Shown here piece by piece: positions 57,326 to 64,000 of a DNA stretch of 64,000 nucleotides. Made by a program: the position numbers and the translations under genes. The DNA is from an uncultured Candidatus Saccharibacteria bacterium. Its GTDB lineage: Bacteria; Patescibacteriota; Minisyncoccia; Phycocordibacterales; EsbW-18. The stretch is from NCBI GenBank assembly GCA_964520295.1, contig CAZFMQ010000003.1, positions 1,060-65,059 of the forward strand, written 5' to 3'. The notes below the pieces were generated by a model that saw only the letters and a list, made by a program, of their open reading frames with translations, searched no databases and was not told where the DNA came from. Position 1 is the stretch's first letter; every line of letters starts with the position of its first letter.

Positions 57326-58743
57326 TGCACGCACAGTACAAAAAAGGGCAGCTGCTATTTTCCGTATTACTTTTTTCTGTGGTGGCGTCACTGATGCTCG
57401 GCGGTTTGGTAGGGTGGGCAGGGGTCAATTTGCGCGCATTGCGTAGTGCGGGCGACAGGGAGCTCGCATTTCATATTGCCGAGGCAGGGATTGATTACTA
57501 TCGATGGCACTTGGCACATGCACCAGAAGATTATCAAGATGGCACAGGGGAGGAGGGTCCGTACGAACACGAATTTCTCAATGCGGCAGGTGATCGCATC
57601 GGCACGTTCACGTTGGATATTACACCACCTACTGTCGGCTCCACCATTGTGACCATCAAATCAACGGGGCGCGTGGATGCGGCACCGGACATTGCACGCG
57701 CCATACAAGTGCGTCTCGCCATTCCGTCATTTGCAAAGTTTGCATGGGTGCTCAATAGCTTTGTGAATTTCGGAGATACTTCAGAAGTATTCGGCCCCGT
57801 GCATTCCAATACAGGGTTGCGCTTTGACGGATTGGCGCACAATCTTGTAACCAGTGCAGTGGCAAACTTTAATGACCCCGACCACTCGGGAGGGAATGAG
57901 TTTGGTGTACACACGCACCGAAGCCCTACTGATCCACTACCGCCTGCATCCGTGCCGACACGTTCCGATATTTTCTTGGCGGGACGACAGTTTCCAGTGC
58001 CGGCAGTTGATTTTACAGGTATTATTTCCGATCTTTCTCAAATCAAATCAGACGCGCAAGCTGATGGATTGTATTTTGCGTCATCAGGTGCGCTTGGCTA
58101 CCACGCGGTACTGAAAACGAACGGCACAATGGACGTATATCGCGTAACCGCACTGCACTCGCAGGGCGGATGCTCATGTTCGGGTGATGGGTGCGGTACA
58201 TGGAGTATCAGGAGTAATAATGGACAAACCTTTTTAGGCAACTACGATTTTCCTGACAACGGCCTTATCTTTTTTGAAGATCATGTGTGGGTAGATGGCA
58301 TGATTGATGAGGCGCGCATTACTATTGCGGCGGCACGATTTCCTGATAACCCATCAACGCGCCGGCACATTATCGTGAATAACGATATCCGCTACACCAA
58401 CTACGATGGCACCGATACTATCGGCCTTCTTGCACAAGGTGATGTCACTATCGGACTTCGTAGTGAAGATAATTTACGTATTGACGCGGCAATGATTGCG
58501 CAGAACGGCCGTATTGGACGATATCACTACTCAGGTGGGTGCTCGCCGTATCATTTGCGTGATCAGCTGACGACGTACGGCATGCTTGGTACTAATGAGC
58601 GCTCGGGTGTGTACTACGGTAGTAGTGGATACGAGGCGCGTGATTATATCTATGATGCTAATTTGCTCTACGCACCGCCACCATCATTCCCATTGACGTC
58701 AGATCAGTACACGACTATTTCATGGGAGGAGGTAAAGCCATAA
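57322..58743 (+). CDS. PilX-like pilus-associated protein
   Basis: N-terminal KKGQLLFSVLLFSVVASLMLGGL resembles the PilX N-terminal domain. 473 aa. Confidence 0.45.
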   Translation: MMHAQYKKGQLLFSVLLFSVVASLMLGGLVGWAGVNLRALRSAGDRELAFHIAEAGIDYYRWHLAHAPEDYQDGTGEEGPYEHEFLNAAGDRIGTFTLDITPPTVGSTIVTIKSTGRVDAAPDIARAIQVRLAIPSFAKFAWVLNSFVNFGDTSEVFGPVHSNTGLRFDGLAHNLVTSAVANFNDPDHSGGNEFGVHTHRSPTDPLPPASVPTRSDIFLAGRQFPVPAVDFTGIISDLSQIKSDAQADGLYFASSGALGYHAVLKTNGTMDVYRVTALHSQGGCSCSGDGCGTWSIRSNNGQTFLGNYDFPDNGLIFFEDHVWVDGMIDEARITIAAARFPDNPSTRRHIIVNNDIRYTNYDGTDTIGLLAQGDVTIGLRSEDNLRIDAAMIAQNGRIGRYHYSGGCSPYHLRDQLTTYGMLGTNERSGVYYGSSGYEARDYIYDANLLYAPPPSFPLTSDQYTTISWEEVKP

Positions 58744-58805
58744 CACCTTGTTCGGTGGTAGTACTGTAGACATCTGCAGTGGAGCCCGTGGTACACTGAT
58801 GCTAT

Positions 58806-59570
58806 ATGGCAAAAACATTTCTTATTCTGAACTGGAAAATGCATCCGGGGAATACAAAGGAGGCGCAGGCACTGTGGGGTGCTACGAAGCGCGCGCTGGC
58901 GCGCGCGCGCAAAACAACGGCGATTGTCTGTGCACCGTTCGTGTATCTGCAACCATTGGCAAAAACACGCAGCACGACCGCACTGCTCGGTGCACAAGAC
59001 GTATCTGTGTATGAGGGTGGATCACACACCGGTGAAATCTCGGCACAGATGCTCAAAGAGTTCCGCATCCGCCACGTGATTGTCGGGCATTCTGAACGGC
59101 GCGAATTGGGTGAAACAGACGGCATGATTGCACGAAAGGTAAAACTGGCATTGCAGAGTGGATTGCAACCTATTGTGTGCATTGGAGAGCGTGAGCGTAG
59201 CCAACATGGTGAACACCTTGGGGAATTAGAAGATCAAATGACACGCTCGCTTGCGGGTGTGGGACGTGCACAGGCAAAGCAACTGTTCATTGCGTATGAA
59301 CCCCTCTGGGCAATCGGTAAAAGTTATAAATATGCAATGCAACCGCACGAAATTCACGAGACAAGTATTTTTATTAGGAAGATTTTGACCAAAATGTTTG
59401 GGCGTGCAGTGGCAAGCACTATTCCTGTACTGTATGGTGGCGCTGTTGAGGAGGCAAATATCGCACAGGTAGTGCGTCAGGGAGATGTCAGTGGTGTGCT
59501 CGTGGGTCGTGCAAGTTTAGATGGCAAGAGCGTATCGCACATGGTCAAAGCGCTTGAAGCAAAACAATAA
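58806..59570 (+). CDS. tpiA: triosephosphate isomerase
   Basis: NWKMH, VGHSERR and AYEPLWAIG motifs. Confidence 0.9.
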   Translation: MAKTFLILNWKMHPGNTKEAQALWGATKRALARARKTTAIVCAPFVYLQPLAKTRSTTALLGAQDVSVYEGGSHTGEISAQMLKEFRIRHVIVGHSERRELGETDGMIARKVKLALQSGLQPIVCIGERERSQHGEHLGELEDQMTRSLAGVGRAQAKQLFIAYEPLWAIGKSYKYAMQPHEIHETSIFIRKILTKMFGRAVASTIPVLYGGAVEEANIAQVVRQGDVSGVLVGRASLDGKSVSHMVKALEAKQ

Positions 59571-60694
59571 TGCTTTCATCTATTTCAGACAGTACCATTG
59601 CACCAGGGACGCGTGTACTACTCCGCGCTAATCTCAACGTGCCTCGTGTGGATGGTCGTATTGCCGACGATGCGCGTATTACATCTGCATTAGCTACCAT
59701 TACATGGTTGTGTGAGCACGGTGCGCGCACTATTATCATCGGGCACACATCAACAGACGGTGCCTCACTGGAACAAGTGTGTGCTGTACTGGCACAGCAT
59801 GTACCAGTGGTGTTTGTGACGGACGCACTCTCTGATGCGGGGCGTGCAACTATAGATGCTCTGAAAAACGGCGAGTGCGTACTTGTAGAAAATATCCGCA
59901 ATAACCCAGGAGAGGAACGTGCAACCGACTCATTCGCACAAGAGCTCGCAAGTTTGGCAGACATATTTGTGCAAGACGATTTTTCTGTTGCGCACCGCAC
60001 GCACGCATCGGTGGTGGGTGTACCGAAGTATCTGCCGAGCTACATGGGTATGCAGTTTGCGCGCGAGTATGAAGAATTGTCGCGCGCATTCAATCCGGAA
60101 CACCCCTCACTGCTTATTTTGGGCGGTGCAAAATCAGATACCAAAATGCCAATCGCTATTTCACTGGCCGATGTCATGGATGAGGTATTTATCACCGGTG
60201 TGTCAGGTAATACACTTTTGAAAGTGCAGGGGCGAAATGTAGGATCATCAGTTGTGGATGCCGTGCCACATAGTATATTGATGGACGTGGTGGCGAAAGA
60301 AAATGTGTTTTCATACAGCGACGTGTTGGCGGTAGACGCTGATGGTGATGAGTATGTCGCATCGTCGGCGCACGTAGATGGTGATAGTGCAATTATGGAT
60401 GCAGGACCAGAAACGACCGCGCATATCGTCCACGCGATTGCGAGTGCGCGTTTTGTGCTTTGGAATGGGCCACTTGGGTACTACGAAAAAGGATACACAA
60501 CAGCGACGCACGAAATTGCCCGCGCACTCGCACATTCGTCAGCAGTATCTATCATCGGGGGAGGTGACACGGTTGCGGCAATTTCTGCACTCGGACTTGA
60601 AAAAGAGTTCACCTTCATCTCAACGGCAGGTGGTGCGATGCTTGAGTTTTTGGCAAAGAAAACATTACCGGGTATTGAGGCACTCAAAAAATAA
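59570..60694 (+). CDS. pgk: phosphoglycerate kinase
   Basis: RANLNVP N-terminal motif and GGGDTVAA C-terminal motif. TAATG overlap with tpiA. Confidence 0.95.
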   Translation: MLSSISDSTIAPGTRVLLRANLNVPRVDGRIADDARITSALATITWLCEHGARTIIIGHTSTDGASLEQVCAVLAQHVPVVFVTDALSDAGRATIDALKNGECVLVENIRNNPGEERATDSFAQELASLADIFVQDDFSVAHRTHASVVGVPKYLPSYMGMQFAREYEELSRAFNPEHPSLLILGGAKSDTKMPIAISLADVMDEVFITGVSGNTLLKVQGRNVGSSVVDAVPHSILMDVVAKENVFSYSDVLAVDADGDEYVASSAHVDGDSAIMDAGPETTAHIVHAIASARFVLWNGPLGYYEKGYTTATHEIARALAHSSAVSIIGGGDTVAAISALGLEKEFTFISTAGGAMLEFLAKKTLPGIEALKK

Positions 60695-60762
60695 TTGATT
60701 GAAAGAAAACGCTCAATCTGGCATAGTGCTGTCGGAGTAGTACCAACCAACAAGGAGGACAC

Positions 60763-60951
60763 ATGACAGAGAAACCGTTGGCCTCGTTTCGCCAGCAGGA
60801 CAGAGCCGTCATTTTGCGTAGTGGTGGCTCGGCGACGCCTTTTGTGCTGGATCTCCAGCACGCCAAGCGTCTCCACGAAGAGCTAACTGCAATTCTGCAG
60901 GAGCACGAGTCCTGGGACTCGGAACGAGCCATCCACTATGATGAGCAATAA
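60763..60951 (+). CDS. small hypothetical protein, relatively GC-rich
   Basis: 62 aa, followed by a strong terminator. No homology recognised. Confidence 0.3.
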   Translation: MTEKPLASFRQQDRAVILRSGGSATPFVLDLQHAKRLHEELTAILQEHESWDSERAIHYDEQ

Positions 60952-60965
60952 TCACCAAGAAGCAA

Positions 60966-60997
60966 AGAGCCCCACATACGGGGCTCTGTTTTTTATA
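60966..60997. terminator. rho-independent terminator between convergent genes
   Basis: agagcccc-acatac-ggggctct hairpin followed by gttttttata. Confidence 0.6.
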
Positions 60998-61400
60998 GCA
61001 CTGCGCGAATGCGTTTAGCGGTTTCTTGCATGTGTGCATCATCGTCGTACTGCACGGTGGGTAATTGGGGAAATGCGTCATCTGTTGCGCGCGGAATGAT
61101 GTGGATGTGCGCATGAAAGACGATTTGACCGGCAACCGCTCCATTATTTGAAATGAGGTTTACACCCGCAACCTTTGTCTGTTGCAGGGCGCGTGCGATT
61201 TTCTGTGCGGTTGCATAGACGGGAGCGAGCACATCTGCGGGTGCATCAAAGACATTTTCTACGTGCTGTTTTGGAATAACGAGCGTGTGGCCGAGTGCGC
61301 TTGGGTTGATGTCTAAAAAGGCAAGCGTGTGCTCGTCTTCGTACACGGTTGTGGAGGGAATAGTTCCCGCCACGATTTTGCAAAAAATACAATCTGACAT
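60993..61400 (-). CDS. HIT-family (histidine triad) hydrolase
   Basis: HAHIHIIPR (HxHxHxx) motif. 135 aa. Confidence 0.85.
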   Translation of the reverse strand: MSDCIFCKIVAGTIPSTTVYEDEHTLAFLDINPSALGHTLVIPKQHVENVFDAPADVLAPVYATAQKIARALQQTKVAGVNLISNNGAVAGQIVFHAHIHIIPRATDDAFPQLPTVQYDDDAHMQETAKRIRAVL

Positions 61401-61430
61401 AGTTTCTATTGTAGCGGTATACTGCTGTGT

Positions 61431-63095
61431 ATGAAAGTATGGTCTGAATTGCCGGAATTAGTGCGTGGATTGCTAGAAAAGCGTGGTATTACCGAAGCAT
61501 CTGCCGATATTTTCCTTAATCCTGATTGGGAGCGTGATGTACACGATCCATTTTTACTCAAAGATATGGACAAAGCGACCGCACGCATTCTGCGCGCGGT
61601 AGATGCTGGTGAGCGCATCACTATTTTTTCTGATTTTGATGCTGACGGTATTCCTGGTGCGGTGTTGCTGTCAGATTTTTTCAAAAAAATTGGCCACGAG
61701 CAGGTGTCGGTTCGTATTCCGCATCGCAACACGGAAGGATTTGGTCTCAACGCACGCGCCATCGATGCGTGTAGTGCCGATGGCACAAAACTCCTCATCA
61801 CTGTTGATTGCGGTAGTGCCGATGTAACGCACACAGCGCGCGCGCAAGAGCATGGCATCGACGTTATCATTACCGATCACCACCAAGCGCACGGCACACC
61901 ACCTCCTGCATATGCGATGGTCAACCCGAATCAAGAAGGCGATACCTACCCGAACAAGTATCTCTGTGGTGCGGGTGTTGCGTTCAAAGTTGTACAAGCA
62001 CTTATTGCGACAAGGCCAGACATGGTGCCAACAGGTTGGGAGAAGTGGTTGCTGGATATGGTTGGTATTGCAACGCTCTCTGATATGGTGCCATTGCAGG
62101 GGGAAAATCGCGCACTCGCGCATTACGGGTTAATTGTGTTACGCAAATCTCCGCGCATCGGCTTGCGTACGTTATTACGCCGTCAGCGCGTGCGCCAGCA
62201 CGCGCTCTCCGAAGATGATGTGGTGTTTTCTATTACACCGCGTATCAATGCGGCATCACGCATGGATGCGCCAGAAATTGCGTTTGAATTATTGACGACA
62301 CACGACGAAGTGCGCGCCGAAGCATTGGCACGACAATTAGACACACTCAACAATGAACGAAAAGGTGCGGTGGCGCAGATGAGTAAAGAGATTCATGGAA
62401 AAATCGGCGACACACACGAGGGCGGTGTAGTTGTTGTCGGCAACACACACTGGCGTCCGGGGTTGCTTGGATTGGCGGCAACGCGTGCGGTTGAAGTGTA
62501 TGGCAAACCCGCATTTGTGTGGGGTCGTGGCGATGCCGAAGTCATCAAGGGTTCTGTGCGAGGTGATGGTCATACAGATATCGTGGCACTTATGCAGGAG
62601 GTGGCTGATCTGTTTTTAGAGTTCGGAGGTCATACACACTCGGGCGGGTTCTCCATCACGGTTGAAAATCTTATCAAGTTGCCCGACGCGCTCAATAGAG
62701 CGTATGAAAAATGCGCACAGCACGCCACAGTGCGTGCAGATGTAGCATCTGATGCTACACTCCCACTTACTGATGTGCATCCAGTATTTTTTCAAAACAT
62801 TTCGGTGCTCGCGCCATTTGGTATGGGAAATGAAAAACCAATTTTTGTATTTGAAAACAATACACTGGCGCGCGTAGAGTGGTTTGGCAAAGAAAAAAAT
62901 CATCTCAAACTTATATTGCATGGTGATGGCAGTGCGCGCGCAACCGCAATTCGTTTTTTTGCAAAAGGGAACACAGAGTTGGAATCGCTTGTAGAAGGGC
63001 AGATAGTAACTGTGCACGGCTCACTGGAGCGGGAACAATTCGGTGGCGCAAACAGCATCCGTATTCGGATTATTGAGATAGCACGTAGCATGTAA
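61431..63095 (+). CDS. recJ: single-stranded-DNA-specific exonuclease RecJ
   Basis: DHH family: FSDFDADGIPG, ITDHHQ and GGH motifs. 554 aa. Confidence 0.9.
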   Translation: MKVWSELPELVRGLLEKRGITEASADIFLNPDWERDVHDPFLLKDMDKATARILRAVDAGERITIFSDFDADGIPGAVLLSDFFKKIGHEQVSVRIPHRNTEGFGLNARAIDACSADGTKLLITVDCGSADVTHTARAQEHGIDVIITDHHQAHGTPPPAYAMVNPNQEGDTYPNKYLCGAGVAFKVVQALIATRPDMVPTGWEKWLLDMVGIATLSDMVPLQGENRALAHYGLIVLRKSPRIGLRTLLRRQRVRQHALSEDDVVFSITPRINAASRMDAPEIAFELLTTHDEVRAEALARQLDTLNNERKGAVAQMSKEIHGKIGDTHEGGVVVVGNTHWRPGLLGLAATRAVEVYGKPAFVWGRGDAEVIKGSVRGDGHTDIVALMQEVADLFLEFGGHTHSGGFSITVENLIKLPDALNRAYEKCAQHATVRADVASDATLPLTDVHPVFFQNISVLAPFGMGNEKPIFVFENNTLARVEWFGKEKNHLKLILHGDGSARATAIRFFAKGNTELESLVEGQIVTVHGSLEREQFGGANSIRIRIIEIARSM

Positions 63096-63222
63096 AGAAT
63101 AAGGGAACAGTTCACAGGGAACAGATAAGGACTAGAAGCGCCAGCGGGACTTTTCCTTCCTCCCCGTTTCCCAGTAATTGTGCCCCGTTCCCGTCTTTTG
63201 CTATGTGGTATATGATTACTGC

Positions 63223-63645
63223 ATGAAATATATCATCAACACAGATGGAGGGGCGAGAGGCAATCCAGGCCCTGCAGGTATCGGTTTTGTCATACGAGAT
63301 GAAAATGCGGTTCTCAAAGAAGTAGGCGAGTACATCGGCGTTGCTACCAACAATATCGCTGAATACGAAGCACTCATTCGTGCGCTCACGGCACTGAAAA
63401 AAATTATTCCCAAAACAATGCGCGACAGTGCAGATATTACGGTGCGCATGGACAGCGAGCTCGTGGTAAAACAGCTCAACGGGGTGTATCAAATCAAAGA
63501 CGAACCGCTCCAGCTACAATTCGTCAAAGTGTGGAATATGCGCGTGGCGGAGTTTCCACACATCACGTTTACGCACGTGAGGCGCGAAGAAAATAAAGAG
63601 GCGGATATGTTGTATAATAAGGCACTTGATGCACATCAAGCGTAA
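63223..63645 (+). CDS. rnhA: ribonuclease HI
   Basis: MKYIINTDGGARGNPGPAGIG...NNIAEYEALIRAL...VRREENKEAD. Start at ATG 63223. Confidence 0.8.
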   Translation: MKYIINTDGGARGNPGPAGIGFVIRDENAVLKEVGEYIGVATNNIAEYEALIRALTALKKIIPKTMRDSADITVRMDSELVVKQLNGVYQIKDEPLQLQFVKVWNMRVAEFPHITFTHVRREENKEADMLYNKALDAHQA

Positions 63646-63668
63646 TTAAAAAAACTAATATACACAGT

Positions 63669-63965
63669 ATGGTTTCTGGGTTCATTCAATTTGTCCGCGA
63701 GCAAGGTGTCGTCGGACTCGCAATCGGTTTCATTCTCGGTGGTGCAGTGTCAAAGGTGGTCGCATCACTTGTTACCGACATCATCAATCCAATTATCGGC
63801 GCCATTTTTGGTTCAACGGAAGGTCTTGCAAGCATGATGCTCGGTCCTGTTGCATTGGGTAGTTTCGTTGCGGTATTGCTTGATTTTTTGATTGTTGCCG
63901 CAGTCGTGTACTTCATTTTCAAGAAGCTCGGTTTTGACAGACTAGACGCACCAAAGCAGTCGTAA
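63669..63965 (+). CDS. mscL: large-conductance mechanosensitive channel MscL
   Basis: FIQFVREQGVVGLAIGFILGGAVSKVVASLVTDIINPIIG..., the classic MscL N-terminus. 98 aa. Confidence 0.85.
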   Translation: MVSGFIQFVREQGVVGLAIGFILGGAVSKVVASLVTDIINPIIGAIFGSTEGLASMMLGPVALGSFVAVLLDFLIVAAVVYFIFKKLGFDRLDAPKQS

Positions 63966-64000
63966 GCAGGGTTTATCTCCGCTTTATCAAAAATCTGGAT

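Noticed and set aside
1-64000. CRISPR arrays, rRNA genes, IS elements, transposases or integrases
   Set aside because: No regularly spaced direct repeats, no rRNA-like conserved blocks, and no recognisable transposase or integrase ORFs were seen in any frame.

Overview
This 64-kb window reads like a chromosomal segment of a small-genome, Patescibacteria/CPR-like bacterium. That assignment is an inference from gene content, not from any search. The gene content includes rpmH-rnpA-yidC beside dnaA-dnaN at the replication origin, many small secreted or membrane hypothetical proteins, scattered type IV pilus genes, and about 47% GC. I translated the ORF track by eye and recognised about 60 coding genes. 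The N-terminus of a UvrD/PcrA helicase runs off the left edge and was missing from the track. Housekeeping genes: rsmA, dnaA, dnaN, class-A PBP, tyrS, ruvC-yebC-ruvB, ddl, tsaE, polA, a holA-like gene, a SpoU methyltransferase, a murE-like ligase, ruvA, rpsT, ruvX, a CsaA-like tRNA-binding protein, an RluA-family pseudouridine synthase, rplS, grpB, lexA, a dsbB-like gene, YceI- and SIMPL-domain proteins, tpiA, pgk, a HIT protein, recJ, RNase HI and mscL. Type IV pilus genes: pilB, pilM, pilN, pilO, a second pilB/gspE, pilC and three prepilin-like proteins. By hand folding I found seven tRNAs: Lys-TTT, Arg-GCG (on the minus strand), Ser-TGA, Val-TAC, Arg-TCT, Leu-GAG (on the minus strand) and His-GTG. 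The tRNA-Arg with a GCG anticodon is atypical. The most interesting block is about 13 kb (2190-15263) immediately left of the origin. It carries a VirB4 ATPase split into two ORFs, a PrgI/VirB3-like protein on the opposite strand, and a VirB6-like polytopic membrane protein with a long coiled-coil tail. A pilin-like protein with two TM segments and a Cys-rich domain, peptidoglycan-binding and Ca-binding-repeat proteins, and several secreted hypotheticals accompany them. This is a type-IV-secretion-like apparatus with no relaxase or VirD4 in the window. Other signals: (1) a probable oriC with DnaA boxes and an AT-rich DNA-unwinding element in the dnaA-dnaN spacer; (2) a perfect Gram-positive-type LexA box (GAAC-N4-GTTC) inside a TTGACA-N18-TATACT promoter upstream of a 64-aa ORF and lexA; (3) three or four compositionally GC-rich single-gene islands, lying next to tRNAs or flanked by an identical 23-nt hairpin repeat; (4) a 21-nt direct repeat of the tRNA-Leu 3' end bracketing a 170-bp hairpin-rich segment; (5) a recurrent CCCCGTTCC(C) intergenic motif; (6) an ORF-free 340-bp region with an orphan plus-strand terminator. 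Coordinates that I derived by counting characters, rather than from the ORF track, may be off by 1-2 nt.
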